Of a stretch of 64,000 bases of DNA, positions 1-10,426 are shown piece by piece. How positions within the stretch are numbered: position 1 is the first letter of the stretch; every line of letters starts with the position of its first letter. A program made the position numbers and the translations under genes. This DNA is from Bacteroidota bacterium. Its GTDB lineage: Bacteria > Bacteroidota > Bacteroidia > AKYH767-A > JAHEYN01. Location: the NCBI GenBank assembly GCA_023251555.1, contig JAHEYN010000002.1, positions 19,783 through 83,782 on the forward strand, given 5' to 3'. The notes beneath the pieces are model-generated. The model did not search any database, had not been told where the DNA came from, and saw only the letters and a program-made list of their open reading frames with translations.

Positions 1-1542
1 CAATTCGGGTGTGTGACATCTTCCACCCTCGCCTTTACTATTGATGCGACTCCTGTTGCCGCTTTTACATCCACTGCTCCCCAGTGCACCGGGGCTGCTG
101 TTGACTTTACTAACACAGGAAGTTCTTCAGGTGTTTTGTACGACTGGGATTTTGGTTCAGGAGCAGTAGTGCCCGGCGGAATGACAACATCGCAAGATCC
201 GAGCGGCATAACCTATACAACTGCAGGAATTAAATCGGTTGTTTTAACGGTAACAAATAGCTCGACAGGATGTGTTTCTGTAATTACGCAAACCATCAAC
301 ATTAACCAGACCCCTACTGCAAGTTTTTCTTCCAACACTCCTGCCTGTGCAGGGTCTTCTGTTGACTTCGGGAATACAGGAACCAGCGGAAGCAACTGGT
401 CTTATTTCTGGGATCTCGGACAGGATGCCAATCCGCCTACTTCAACCTCTGAAAATCCTGTGGGGGTGATGTACAGTGCCGGAGGAACGAAGACAATCAC
501 CTTTACTATCTCCGATCAGAATTGTACCTCTACTTCCACAAGTTCGGTGGTTATCAATGCTCTTCCTGTTGCCAACGCAGGCCTCGATACCACCATCTGT
601 GCCAATAGGAGTGTTGCGATAGGCTCGGCTTCCGTATCCGGAATGGGATACAGCTGGTTCCCGTCAAATACACTTGACAACCCTGCCGCATCTGCGCCTA
701 CAGCAAGTCCTGTTGCCCCTGTTACCACTTATTATGTTACTGTAACAGATGTTGCTACCGGTTGCCAGTCTATGGACTCTGTGAGAATAACGATGCTCGC
801 CCCTCTCAAAGCAAATGCCGGTACTGATGGCGAGATTTGCCTGTATGACAGTATACAGGTCGGAGCAGCGCTCATCGAAGGACAAACATACAGTTGGAGC
901 CCTGTTACAGGTCTTGCAGACCCCTCTGCACCCCTCACCATGGCCAGCCCTTCGCAAACTACTGCTTATACGCTTACAGTTATGGGTGCCAATTGTACCC
1001 CTGTTACTGATGATGTGACTATTATAGTTCACCCGCTCCCTGTAGCCGATGCCGGCCGGCCTGTGACTATCACCGCCGGATCCAGCACCGGGCTTACTGC
1101 TACCGGGGGAGTACAGTATGAGTGGATTCCCGTTGCAGGACTTGATAATTCTTCTGTCTTTAATCCTGTGGCCAGCCCGGAGGTTACTACCCTGTACTGG
1201 GTTACAGTTACTGATGTGTATGGCTGTGTGAATACAGATTCGGTTACAGTTACGGTAGTTGAGCCGTCGATCTGGGCCCCATCGGCATTCACTCCTGATG
1301 CCAGCGGAAAAAATGATGTGTTTTATATTAGAGGCCGCGGGATCAACAACTTCCAGCTTTCAGTATACAACCGCTGGGGCGAAGCGATATTCTCCAGCAA
1401 GGATATGAGTCAGGGCTGGGATGGCAAGAAGCAGGTTTCCGGTGAAGATATGCCCGAAGGCGCTTATATGTATACCGTGAAAGGCACCCAAACCAATGGT
1501 AAAGCGGTTGATATGAAAGGTATTATCAATCTCATAAGGTAA
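1..1542 (+). CDS. T9SS type B cargo (PKD/Ig-like repeats + gliding-motility-associated CTD), 5'-truncated by window
   Basis: Frame is open from base 1. PKD motifs (YDWDFGSG, YFWDLG), LPVANAG/LPVADAG repeats, C-terminal APSAFTPD...KNDVF...YNRWGE..F...GWDG...G.Y.Y...KG.INLIR typical of type B CTDs; followed by a PorP/SprF gene. Confidence 0.92.
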   Translation, partial: QFGCVTSSTLAFTIDATPVAAFTSTAPQCTGAAVDFTNTGSSSGVLYDWDFGSGAVVPGGMTTSQDPSGITYTTAGIKSVVLTVTNSSTGCVSVITQTININQTPTASFSSNTPACAGSSVDFGNTGTSGSNWSYFWDLGQDANPPTSTSENPVGVMYSAGGTKTITFTISDQNCTSTSTSSVVINALPVANAGLDTTICANRSVAIGSASVSGMGYSWFPSNTLDNPAASAPTASPVAPVTTYYVTVTDVATGCQSMDSVRITMLAPLKANAGTDGEICLYDSIQVGAALIEGQTYSWSPVTGLADPSAPLTMASPSQTTAYTLTVMGANCTPVTDDVTIIVHPLPVADAGRPVTITAGSSTGLTATGGVQYEWIPVAGLDNSSVFNPVASPEVTTLYWVTVTDVYGCVNTDSVTVTVVEPSIWAPSAFTPDASGKNDVFYIRGRGINNFQLSVYNRWGEAIFSSKDMSQGWDGKKQVSGEDMPEGAYMYTVKGTQTNGKAVDMKGIINLIR

Positions 1543-1581
1543 AATCCCTGCTCCTGAATTTAATAAGAACATCCAATAAAA

Positions 1582-2601
1582 ATGATTATCATGAATAACA
1601 AAGTAAAAATTTCAACCATAGCACTCGCCGTAGCTGCGGTTTCCTCTTTACAATCATTTGCACAGGACCTGCGTTATGCGCAGTCGTTTGCAAACCCCCT
1701 GAAGCTTAACCCTGCTATCATGGGTGCAAATCCTGATTTTAAACTGTCGCTGAACTACCGTGACCAGTGGAGCCTTATTGACAAAGGATATGTCACCACT
1801 TCTTTTACGGCGCTATATCCTGTTTTCATGAAGGAAGGAAAAAGCAAGCTGGATATAGGTGTGGGAGCCCTCAATGATAAGGCAGGGGCCTTTAATAAGC
1901 TGGATTTTTCCCTTGCCCTTGCATACAGCCTCCGTGTTTCCGATTTCAGCAGCCTCAGCCTTGCTCTCCAGGGGGGATATGTGCAAAAAACGCTTGATAA
2001 TGCTTCCCTGATGTTTGACGAACAGTATGTTAACGGGGAGTACAGTGCTAATAATCCGCATAATGAAAACACCCTTACTCAGGCTATCAGCTACGCGGAT
2101 GTGGGATTCGGCGCCATGTGGTTTTATAATCCTTCGAGAGAGGATGGAGGAAGGATCAATGCGTACATGGGAATGTCGGGCTTCCACCTTAACCAACCTA
2201 ATGAGTCCTATGTTGCCGGAGCGGGGGTTCTTGCAAAAAAGTTTTCTTATCAGGGAGGTATTAAAATCCTTGGGGAAGGCAAACTGGACTTTACTCCCAA
2301 CATTCGCATTACCACGCAGAGCGGGGCAGAAGAAATTGCTGCCGGTCTATATGTGGATTACAGGTTTAATGAAAAAGCAAAGCTTGTGCTTGGCAGCTGG
2401 TACCGCAAGGACGACGCTGTCGCTTTTGCCCTTGGCTTCGAACATAAAAATTTTATAATAGGGTATAGCTATGATGTGGTTACCTCCCAGCTGAGCACAG
2501 CTGCTGCAGGAATCAATGCCTATGAGGTTACGCTTGCCTATAAAATAAACAAAGCCGATAAAAACAAAATCAAGTTTAACGGCATGTTCAGTTCTTTCTG
2601 A
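1582..2601 (+). CDS. PorP/SprF family T9SS outer membrane barrel
   Basis: Signal peptide, AQD..Y.Q....PL.LNPA..G, NYRDQW, C-terminal IGYSYD...S.L......E; directly downstream of a type B CTD gene, as is usual for these pairs. Start may be 1591. Confidence 0.9.
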   Translation: MIIMNNKVKISTIALAVAAVSSLQSFAQDLRYAQSFANPLKLNPAIMGANPDFKLSLNYRDQWSLIDKGYVTTSFTALYPVFMKEGKSKLDIGVGALNDKAGAFNKLDFSLALAYSLRVSDFSSLSLALQGGYVQKTLDNASLMFDEQYVNGEYSANNPHNENTLTQAISYADVGFGAMWFYNPSREDGGRINAYMGMSGFHLNQPNESYVAGAGVLAKKFSYQGGIKILGEGKLDFTPNIRITTQSGAEEIAAGLYVDYRFNEKAKLVLGSWYRKDDAVAFALGFEHKNFIIGYSYDVVTSQLSTAAAGINAYEVTLAYKINKADKNKIKFNGMFSSF

Positions 2602-2634
2602 AACAGAAAAGAATAAATCTTTCTGAAAAAGATT

Positions 2635-2642
2635 TATCTTTG
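2635..2642 (+). promoter_or_regulatory. Bacteroidota -7 promoter element (TATCTTTG) for the riboswitch leader
   Basis: Matches TAnnTTTG just upstream of the riboswitch; overlaps the inverted repeat ATAAATCTTT(2613-2622)/AAAGATTTAT(2628-2637). Confidence 0.65.
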
Positions 2643-2649
2643 ATCTTGA

Positions 2650-2818
2650 AATTCGGTCCCGGTAAAATATACCGGGTTAAAAGGGAAACAGGTGTGAATC
2701 CTGTGCATTTCCCGATGCTGTAAGTTCCAGCAAACTTTTTGATCTCTGAAAGCCACTGCCCCTTCTGAGGGGATGGGAAGGCATCAAAAAGGGAACAAGT
2801 CAGAAGACCTGCCGGGTT
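2650..2818 (+). promoter_or_regulatory. Cobalamin (B12) riboswitch
   Basis: Conserved boxes in order: AAAAGGGAA 2679-2687, GGTG.GAA, CCCG...CTGTAA, GCCACTG 2752-2758, TGGGAAGG 2774-2781, B12 box AGTCAGAAGACCTGCC 2798-2813. Confidence 0.93.
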
Positions 2819-2942
2819 TTGAATAAGGTTCGCAGCTTTCGGAGAAAAAGCCAGGAATAGATTCCCCGTCTATTATGTTTTTTCCCGGCCTGTGATTATG
2901 AATATCGCTTGTCCATTATTTATTTATTTAATACATTAAACT

Positions 2943-4226
2943 ATGAAAACAACTACAAAAATCGGCCGGGGAATCCGGAAAAACATGCTGAAGTTTTTAT
3001 TAATACCTGTGCTGACAACCTGTGTTTATGCGCAAAACCAGTTTGAACTGAGGCAGGTAATCGTTTTGAATGAGGGGGCATTCGGGGGCCCCGCTACAGT
3101 CGGCAGTTACGACCCTGCGGCAAAAACATATGTTAACTTCGATACCATCCCCGCCCGTTTTGCAACCGATGTCATTATCTCCGGCAACTGCATATATGTG
3201 GCCGCTGACACCCTTCTCATAAAATATAATCTTATTACGAAACAGAGGCTTGCTGTACAGACAGTAAAAGGAATACGGGAGCTGGCTTCCTGGAATAACC
3301 AGGTGCTTATTACGAGGGCAGAAATTACACCACTTCCTTCCTATTTCCAGGTCTATGATGCTGCCACCCTGAACTTTCTTTATGAACTCCCTGGTCTGAG
3401 TGGAAAGGCGTCAGAGGTGAAGGTGCTTGGAGACACTGCTTATGTTGCGGTGAATGATTGGGGTGCCATGGGAAAGCTTGCTGTGGTTGACCTTCAGAAC
3501 CAGGTACTGAACCGCGAGATAGACCTTGGCGCAGATGGCCTGAATCCGGAAGCCGTGCGCGTGGACGGAAACCGGATTTATACTGTGAACTCCCTCAACT
3601 GGACAAACAGTTCCGTTACGCGGTACGAGGCTTCCACTTCACTTTTCCAGAATATAAAGCTTAATACCCCTTCCAGTTGCAGTGCTTCAACGCTTTATTC
3701 CCCTCTGCATAATATTTATTTTCAGGTAAGCGGGGAGGATAAACTTGGGGTTTTCAATGCAGGAACGCTTAATCTTATTGATACACTTTACATTAATAAG
3801 AGTATTTATGGTATCGGGACGGATTCGATCAATGGTAATATATACACCGGGGTGACGGATTACTCAAGCTATGGGGAAGTATTTGTTTATGATTTTTATG
3901 GCATGCTTAAGGATTCTTTCAGCGTTGGCATCTCCCCCGGAACCTTTGCTTTTGACGTGATAGATGTGACCGGGATGACCAGGCAGAAAGCAGAAAGCAG
4001 CCTCGCCGTGTACCCTAATCCTTCAGGAAATGAACTTCACATCAGCAGCAGCGGAGAGGCGATCCATAATATCAGGCTTTGTGATATCACAGGCAGGGTG
4101 CTGCAGCAGTATGATTTATGGAGTGCCTCAAATACGCTCCATATGGATCATGTGCAGCCGGGAATATACCTGTTGAAGATAGGTGTTGATAATGGAGTAA
4201 TCACGAAAAAGATAGTCCGGGATTAA
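2943..4226 (+). CDS. BtuG/YncE-like beta-propeller with T9SS type A CTD; putative secreted cobalamin-binding protein
   Basis: Downstream of the B12 riboswitch. VLNEG.FG...V..YD at the propeller start and F.VGI.PG.F at its end resemble BtuG-type propellers; SPI signal (VYA/Q); CTD VYPNP...DITGR...GIYLL...KKIV. Confidence 0.75.
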   Translation: MKTTTKIGRGIRKNMLKFLLIPVLTTCVYAQNQFELRQVIVLNEGAFGGPATVGSYDPAAKTYVNFDTIPARFATDVIISGNCIYVAADTLLIKYNLITKQRLAVQTVKGIRELASWNNQVLITRAEITPLPSYFQVYDAATLNFLYELPGLSGKASEVKVLGDTAYVAVNDWGAMGKLAVVDLQNQVLNREIDLGADGLNPEAVRVDGNRIYTVNSLNWTNSSVTRYEASTSLFQNIKLNTPSSCSASTLYSPLHNIYFQVSGEDKLGVFNAGTLNLIDTLYINKSIYGIGTDSINGNIYTGVTDYSSYGEVFVYDFYGMLKDSFSVGISPGTFAFDVIDVTGMTRQKAESSLAVYPNPSGNELHISSSGEAIHNIRLCDITGRVLQQYDLWSASNTLHMDHVQPGIYLLKIGVDNGVITKKIVRD

Positions 4227-4229
4227 CAA

Positions 4230-5096
4230 TCAGGGTCCCCGCTTCTCCCGTTTGAAAATAGCGTAAAGCAAGCCCCCAAAAACAGCGGAAGATAGCATTG
4301 TCAGCCTCCACTCGTTTTCTCCCGCACCTATATTGTCCAGGTTTGCTCGGAGGATTCCGTGGCTGTTCATATAGGAAATGATAATGGCGCTCCCGTTATT
4401 GACAAAATGTGCAGTAACGGGAAGCCATATCGAATTACTCCACAGGAAAAGATATCCAAGCATTGCCCCGAGGAGCATACGCGGAATGAAACCGAAAAAC
4501 TGGAAATGCAGGGCGCTGAATATGACAGCGGCAAGCCAGACTCCGGCATGCCTGTTTCGCATCCACCCGGAAAACAGGCGCTGCATCACTCCGCGGCACA
4601 TGAACTCTTCTCCTATGGCCGGAATTACTGCAATCATGAGGAGGTTCACAAGCAGTGCAGAGCTCGAATCCATCTTCAGGAAGGCTTCTGTCAGTACAGC
4701 AGCATCGTTTTCTTTCTGCCTCATCCAGGTTTCAATGCCAGACAGGGCGGAAGGCAGGTGCATTTTCCCGTTCATGTCTGCCAGTAAATTTATAAGAGGG
4801 GTAGCCGCTAATACTGCAAAGGCTGTATAAATAAAGGACTCCGGGCGGGCAGGGCTCCGGAATTTCAGGTAGCTCTTTACATCCCCTGAAACATAGTAGG
4901 CGAAAAAAACAGGAGGAATTACAAATAGTAAGATCGAAAGGATAATTTGTCCTGCTTTCAAAACGATCAGCGCGTATGGATCATTTAGCATATTATTGAT
5001 GCCGGATCCGGCGGGCAGGGCATTAAGGATTATATAAATCCCGATCAGGCCGAAAAAAAATACAGAGGCCCCTTTTTCCCTTTGGGGCAAAGTCAT
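4230..5096 (-). CDS. CPBP (Abi/CAAX-like) intramembrane glutamic endopeptidase
   Basis: EEFMCRG, FSALH, AHFVNN motifs and multiple TM helices. Start placed at ATG 5096 (MTLPQ); the longer ORF overlaps dusB antisense. Confidence 0.88.
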   Translation of the reverse strand: MTLPQREKGASVFFFGLIGIYIILNALPAGSGINNMLNDPYALIVLKAGQIILSILLFVIPPVFFAYYVSGDVKSYLKFRSPARPESFIYTAFAVLAATPLINLLADMNGKMHLPSALSGIETWMRQKENDAAVLTEAFLKMDSSSALLVNLLMIAVIPAIGEEFMCRGVMQRLFSGWMRNRHAGVWLAAVIFSALHFQFFGFIPRMLLGAMLGYLFLWSNSIWLPVTAHFVNNGSAIIISYMNSHGILRANLDNIGAGENEWRLTMLSSAVFGGLLYAIFKREKRGP

Positions 5097-5144
5097 AGCT
5101 CCCGGTTTTTTGGTAAATTCACGTTTCAAAAGTAAGTAATAATA

Positions 5145-6176
5145 GTGGTACGGATTGATAATCTTGAACTGGGAGAGTTTCCCCTGCTGCTTGCTCCCAT
5201 GGAAGATGTGAGCGACCCTCCCTTTCGCGCTGTTTGCAAACAGCAGGGAGCAGACCTCATGTACACGGAATTTATTTCGTCTGAAGGACTGATAAGAGAT
5301 GCGGCGAAAAGCACTCAGAAACTGGACATCTTTGATTATGAGCGCCCCCTCGGGATACAACTCTTCGGGAGCAGCGTGGAGGTGATGATCAGGGCGGCTT
5401 TGATTGCAGAAAAAGCATCTCCTGACCTTATTGATATTAATTACGGATGTCCGGTGAAAGCGGTGGCCTGTAAGGGTGCAGGTGCAGCCCTCTTGCAGGA
5501 TATTCCGAGAATGGCAAAGATGACAGAAGCAATAGTCAGAAGCGTCAGGGTTCCTGTTACAGTTAAGACCAGACTGGGATGGGATGAAAAAACTAAAAAT
5601 ATTTGTGAGGCGGCTGAGCGTTTGCAGGATGCGGGAATTAAGGCGCTGACTGTTCATGGGCGAACGAGGGCACAGATGTATAAAGGCAATGCAGACTGGA
5701 CGCTGATTGGAAAGATTAAAGAGAATCCGAGAATAACAATCCCCGTGTTTGGGAATGGAGATATTTCAACTCCCCGGCAGGCGATAGATGTGCGTCGGAA
5801 GTATGGAGTGGATGGAGTGATGATTGGAAGAGCGGCTATCGGAAATCCATGGATATTCCGGGAGATAAAACATTTCTTGTCTGCGGGCGAGGAACTCCCT
5901 CCTCCCGTAATCCGGGAAAGAGCGGAAATATGCCGGGTACATCTTCAAAAATCTATGGAATGGAAGGGCCCTGTGCTTGGAATACTCGAGATGCGGAGGC
6001 ATTATGCCAATTACTTTAAGGGGGTTGAGGGAATAAAACCCTTTCGTATGCAGTTGGTGACCTGCGATAATTCTGAAGAAATAAATAAGATACTTGATGT
6101 AATTGTTGACCGGTACGAAGGACAGGATGTCTTAACTTCTGTGCAGGATTGTGCCTGGCAGGGGAAGTACTCCTGA
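5145..6176 (+). CDS. dusB: tRNA-dihydrouridine synthase B
   Basis: LAPME, DINYGCP, VTVKTRLG, VHGRT, GNGDI, VMIGRAA.GNPW. Confidence 0.93.
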   Translation: MVRIDNLELGEFPLLLAPMEDVSDPPFRAVCKQQGADLMYTEFISSEGLIRDAAKSTQKLDIFDYERPLGIQLFGSSVEVMIRAALIAEKASPDLIDINYGCPVKAVACKGAGAALLQDIPRMAKMTEAIVRSVRVPVTVKTRLGWDEKTKNICEAAERLQDAGIKALTVHGRTRAQMYKGNADWTLIGKIKENPRITIPVFGNGDISTPRQAIDVRRKYGVDGVMIGRAAIGNPWIFREIKHFLSAGEELPPPVIRERAEICRVHLQKSMEWKGPVLGILEMRRHYANYFKGVEGIKPFRMQLVTCDNSEEINKILDVIVDRYEGQDVLTSVQDCAWQGKYS

Positions 6177-6193
6177 CTTCGGGCAGGACATAT

Positions 6194-8137
6194 TCATGCT
6201 TCTTTTTCCACCCAGTTCCCGTCTTCTTTTATCAGCCTTATCAGTTCATCTACGGCCTGTTCTGCAGGGATTGCTCTCTTCATCACTTCTTTCCCTCTGT
6301 ACAGGGAAATTTTCCCTGGACCTACGCCTACATAGCCATAATCGGCATCGGCCATTTCTCCAGGCCCGTTTACGATACAGCCCATGATACCTATTTTCAC
6401 CCCTTTCAGGTGGTCTGTACGTTTGCGGATTTTCGCAGTGGTTTCCTGGAGATCAAATAAGGTGCGGCCACAGGAAGGGCAGGAGATGTATTCTGTTTTA
6501 GAGATCCTGGTCCTGGTTGCCTGAAGAATCCCGAACCCAAGCGGATTCGTTACGGAAGGGGAAAACTTCCCTCGGGTGCTTATCCATATTCCATCACCGA
6601 ACCCATCGAGCAATAGTCCCCCGAAATCAGAAGAAGCATATAAACGCAGACATTCCTCGTCAGGCAGGTTGTAATCCCTGCGGATGATAACGGGAATCCG
6701 GCACTTCTGCTGTTGCAGTTCTATAAAGATCCTTCTTTGCTCAGCCATTCCATGCCGGTTCTCCGTCGTTATGACGAGGATGACATTCTCTTTTAATTTT
6801 TTCAGAGGGAAGGATTCCGGATCTCTAACAAGTGAAATATCTGCTATTACAAAATTGAGGTCTTCCGATTTTTCTTTTGCTTCAAAATATTCTTTGCCAT
6901 TGAAAAGAGGATAACGTCCGGACTTTTTATTTGCCTTCCACGTTTTATAATCATATATAATGCCCAGTGTACCAGGAGTTTCAAAGTCAATAATCCGGGA
7001 CCCTGCATAAAGATAATCGCAGGCCTGTTCAGTAATATTCCATTTGTCAAGAGGAACAGAATAATGATATCCCGCGGGGGAAAGGGAGGCTTCGGTAAGT
7101 TGTTCTTTTCCTGAACTGAAGTCTGTTAATACAACAGGCGGGTGGCCCCCCCCTGTGTTAAACACCTCGCGTGAATGTTTGCGATCGTATTCGAATGGGT
7201 TGTAAGGCAGCTTCCCGTTTATTTCGGGGATAGGATTATGTTTTCGGTATGAACTGTATTTTGCAGCGATGACTTTTGCAACAGGGATTTCAAACTCCGG
7301 ATCTTCTGTAAGCGAGACACGAATTGTGTCGCCGAGACCGTCTTCAAGCAGAGTGCCGATTCCTGCGGCAGACTTTATCCTTCCGTCTTCTCCTTCGCCG
7401 GCCTCCGTAACTCCCAGGTGGAGCGGGTAATTTCTTCCGGCCTCCATCATCCGGTGAACCAGGAGGCGGTATGCCTGCACCATTACCCGGGTATTGCTCG
7501 CTTTCATTGAGAGGACAATATCAAAGTAATTATTCTCTTCACAGATGGCAACAAATTCCAGCGCTGATTCAACCATCCCGAGAGGACTGTCGCCGTAGCG
7601 GCTCATGATCCTGTCGGACAGTGACCCATGATTGGTCCCGATGCGCATGGCAGTTCCATACTCCTTGCATATTTTTACCAGGGGAGTAAAACGTTCTCTT
7701 ATTCTTTCCAGTTCTGCCCTGTAAGTGTCTTCACTATACTCAATAGCCTCAAACTTTTTTTTATCGGCATAATTGCCGGGATTTATCCTTACTTTCTCAA
7801 CAATTCTGGCAGCGGTTTCGGCAGCATTCGGGGTAAAATGAATGTCTGCCACAAGGGGAGTGTCGTATCCTCTTTTTCGAAGTTCTTTTTTTATCTCAGC
7901 AAGATTCTCAGCTTCGTTGATGCTGGGAGCCGTGATACGCACCAGTTCACAGCCCGCTTCGATCATCCTTATAGATTGCTCAACTGTCGCCATGGTATTC
8001 ATGGTGTCGGTTGTGGTCATGGACTGTATGCGGAAGGGGTTACGGCCTCCAATGCCAAGGGTTCCAGCCTTTACTTCACGGGTGTGAAAACGTGAGTAGG
8101 AAACAAGACTGTTACAATATTGAAAGGGGGATGGCAT
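6194..8137 (-). CDS. ispG: (E)-4-hydroxy-3-methylbut-2-enyl-diphosphate synthase, long form with insert domain
   Basis: IQSMTTT, PLVADIHF, RINPGN, RIGTNHGSLS, YPLHLGVTEAG, ISCPSCGRT, MGCIVNGPGE. ATG 8137 is preferred over GTG 8149 because a -7 element (TAGCTTTG, minus strand 8152-8159) lies just upstream. Confidence 0.96.
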   Translation of the reverse strand: MPSPFQYCNSLVSYSRFHTREVKAGTLGIGGRNPFRIQSMTTTDTMNTMATVEQSIRMIEAGCELVRITAPSINEAENLAEIKKELRKRGYDTPLVADIHFTPNAAETAARIVEKVRINPGNYADKKKFEAIEYSEDTYRAELERIRERFTPLVKICKEYGTAMRIGTNHGSLSDRIMSRYGDSPLGMVESALEFVAICEENNYFDIVLSMKASNTRVMVQAYRLLVHRMMEAGRNYPLHLGVTEAGEGEDGRIKSAAGIGTLLEDGLGDTIRVSLTEDPEFEIPVAKVIAAKYSSYRKHNPIPEINGKLPYNPFEYDRKHSREVFNTGGGHPPVVLTDFSSGKEQLTEASLSPAGYHYSVPLDKWNITEQACDYLYAGSRIIDFETPGTLGIIYDYKTWKANKKSGRYPLFNGKEYFEAKEKSEDLNFVIADISLVRDPESFPLKKLKENVILVITTENRHGMAEQRRIFIELQQQKCRIPVIIRRDYNLPDEECLRLYASSDFGGLLLDGFGDGIWISTRGKFSPSVTNPLGFGILQATRTRISKTEYISCPSCGRTLFDLQETTAKIRKRTDHLKGVKIGIMGCIVNGPGEMADADYGYVGVGPGKISLYRGKEVMKRAIPAEQAVDELIRLIKEDGNWVEKEA

Positions 8138-8191
8138 GCTGTAAGACACAGCAAAGCTAAGGAAATTGGCTCAGCAGGGCAAAAGGGGAGA

Positions 8192-8857
8192 TTACTCCTT
8201 GATCATTTTCTGCATGGATGTATGTCCGCCTTTTTCGTGAATTTCAATAAAATAAACTCCCTGGACCAGGGAAGCAACATCAACAGAATTGCGGGTTAAA
8301 GAAGTCCGGAACAATTCCCGCCCTGCCATATCGAGGATTCTTACCCGGTCAATATTTCTGTCGGGAGAAGCAATAATGAATTCACGGCTGGCAGGATTAG
8401 GGCTTATGAGGATGGTTTCACGCTTTTTAAATTCATTTAGCCCGGAAATATCAATTACGTAAACCGATGTGACGGCAGAGTCTGCAGTTGGGACCACCCC
8501 TGCTCCATCAGTAGGCCATACCACCACAATATTGATTCCCGGGACAAATCCTTTGACAGGATTGTATTCGTAACTGCTGTCTGAGTATATAGTCGTATCC
8601 GCCGGCTGCATGGAAACAGAAAGTACAGTATCAAGGATTACAGCCTGGTTATTATTTACCATCTGGTAGAGGTAAAAATTTCCGTTGAATGCTGCGTTCC
8701 CTTTATTCTGCACTCCTATCTTTAGCAGATAATCCGTATAGTTATAAACAGTGTCAGAGATGCCAAGGTATGAGATACCAAGGCTTTGGGCCCTGATACC
8801 TCCGGAAAGGCAGAGGAAGGGAATAATAGAAATGAAACTGCGGAATATGTTTTTCAT
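8192..8857 (-). CDS. Small T9SS type A cargo (single Ig/CARDB-like domain + CTD)
   Basis: Signal peptide from MKNIFRS (ATG 8857), IRA/Q cleavage; CTD ISPNPA...DMAGR...GVYFI...KMIKE. Confidence 0.8.
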   Translation of the reverse strand: MKNIFRSFISIIPFLCLSGGIRAQSLGISYLGISDTVYNYTDYLLKIGVQNKGNAAFNGNFYLYQMVNNNQAVILDTVLSVSMQPADTTIYSDSSYEYNPVKGFVPGINIVVVWPTDGAGVVPTADSAVTSVYVIDISGLNEFKKRETILISPNPASREFIIASPDRNIDRVRILDMAGRELFRTSLTRNSVDVASLVQGVYFIEIHEKGGHTSMQKMIKE

Positions 8858-8956
8858 AATCATCAAGAATTTATACAAATATAACAAGGAATTTTGCCGG
8901 GTTGAAATAATAATCGTATTTTTCTTACCTGTTCAAAGACATATAATTTTCTGGTT

Positions 8957-10426
8957 ATGGATATATTACCTCAACTGATAGGCGTCCTGAATAAGGAAGA
9001 TATCCGCTATTTCAAGCTTTTTGCTTCCCGTTTCGACACCGGCGATGCACGTAAGGATATTCAGCTTTTTGATTATATAAAGAAATCGGGAGAGCAGTAT
9101 GAAGAAGAAAAAATAGTAGAACAACTGGGGTACAAAGATAAAAATGCTTTTTACCGTCTCAGGCACCGCCTCATAGAGGATATCGGGAAGAGCCTCGTCA
9201 TCCAGCATTATGATGATAATGAGATGATGTATATTTTTCACTGTCTCTCTCTTGAGAAGTACTTTTTCGGGAAAAATAATTTCCGTCTTGCCCTGCGGTT
9301 TCTTAAAAAAGCTGAAACCGAAGCACAGAAAATAGAAAATTATGAACTCCTGGACCTTGTGTATGGGGAGTATATTAACCTTTCCCACGAAATTGTTTCG
9401 ATTGATCCGGAAGAATATATCGGGAAACGGCGCAAAAACAGGGAGCAGCTTAACCTGTTCAGGCAGATAGGAGATATAGTGGCTGCCGTCAATTACCGCC
9501 TCAAAATCACCCAAAACTTTGACGGGCATGAAGCTCCCGTCCTTAAACTCCTTGAAAAAACTGTCAGTGAGTTCTCCCATGACCCCTCAATCAGGAAAAG
9601 TCCCAAACTGAAATTCCAGATTTATTCTGCAGTGAGTAAAATATTACTCCAGAGGCGGGATTACAAAACCCTTGAGAATTATCTCCTGAAAACATATAAG
9701 CAATTTGAGAAAGAACAATTATTTAATAAAGCCAGCCATGATATAAAGCTGCAAATGCTCTCCTACATTGTGAATGCATTGTTCAAAAATTCAAAAATTA
9801 AAGCCTCTCTCGAATATGCAGAGAAACTGAAAAAAGCAATGGAGGAATATAACAGCATACGTTATGACAAGTACCTGTTCTTTTATTATAACTCTCTTGT
9901 AATCAATTACTCAGTGCTCGATAAAGACAAGGCCATAAGTATCCTGGAGGAACTTAAAAATAATGAACAGTTGAAGAAAAGCTCTTTTTATGAACTGTTT
10001 GTTTATCTCAACCTTGCCATTCTGTGGTTTGATAAAGGAGAATTTCATAAATCCATCAAAAATCTCAATAAGCTTTACCTGCACCATAATTATAAGAATA
10101 CTGACCATGCCCTTAAGTTTAAAATTGCAATTGCGGAACTGATGATAAGGTATGAATTGCAGGACTTTGATTTTCTTGAACATAAGATAGGACAGATAAA
10201 AAAAGAGTACCGGGTGTTTTTCCCCCGTGAAGAACATAATAGAGAAAAGAGATTTATTCAACTGCTCGATGAAATGATAATTACAGACAGCATCCTGAAA
10301 GACAAAACCTTACTGAAGAAAATCAATGAATTTATCCGTGACAGGGAAAACACCCAGGATGATGCGGAAATTATTAATTACAACGATTGGCTGAAAAGTA
10401 AAATAGCTCCCGCAGGCAGAAGTTGA
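8957..10426 (+). CDS. Uncharacterised helical/TPR-like protein, paralog R1 (putative regulator of T9SS cargo)
   Basis: No signal peptide or TM; L.QLI..L...DIRYFKL...QLFD, RYEL, NY..WLKSKI shared with R2-R4. CDS is solid, function is inferred. Confidence 0.7.
   Translation: MDILPQLIGVLNKEDIRYFKLFASRFDTGDARKDIQLFDYIKKSGEQYEEEKIVEQLGYKDKNAFYRLRHRLIEDIGKSLVIQHYDDNEMMYIFHCLSLEKYFFGKNNFRLALRFLKKAETEAQKIENYELLDLVYGEYINLSHEIVSIDPEEYIGKRRKNREQLNLFRQIGDIVAAVNYRLKITQNFDGHEAPVLKLLEKTVSEFSHDPSIRKSPKLKFQIYSAVSKILLQRRDYKTLENYLLKTYKQFEKEQLFNKASHDIKLQMLSYIVNALFKNSKIKASLEYAEKLKKAMEEYNSIRYDKYLFFYYNSLVINYSVLDKDKAISILEELKNNEQLKKSSFYELFVYLNLAILWFDKGEFHKSIKNLNKLYLHHNYKNTDHALKFKIAIAELMIRYELQDFDFLEHKIGQIKKEYRVFFPREEHNREKRFIQLLDEMIITDSILKDKTLLKKINEFIRDRENTQDDAEIINYNDWLKSKIAPAGRS

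Noticed and set aside
1-2601. Type B CTD gene paired with PorP/SprF as a novel system
   Set aside because: Well-established arrangement (SprB/SprF-like).
5097-5657. N-terminal 187 aa of the 475-aa minus-strand ORF
   Set aside because: Antisense shadow of dusB; the CPBP-like hydrophobic protein starts at ATG 5096.
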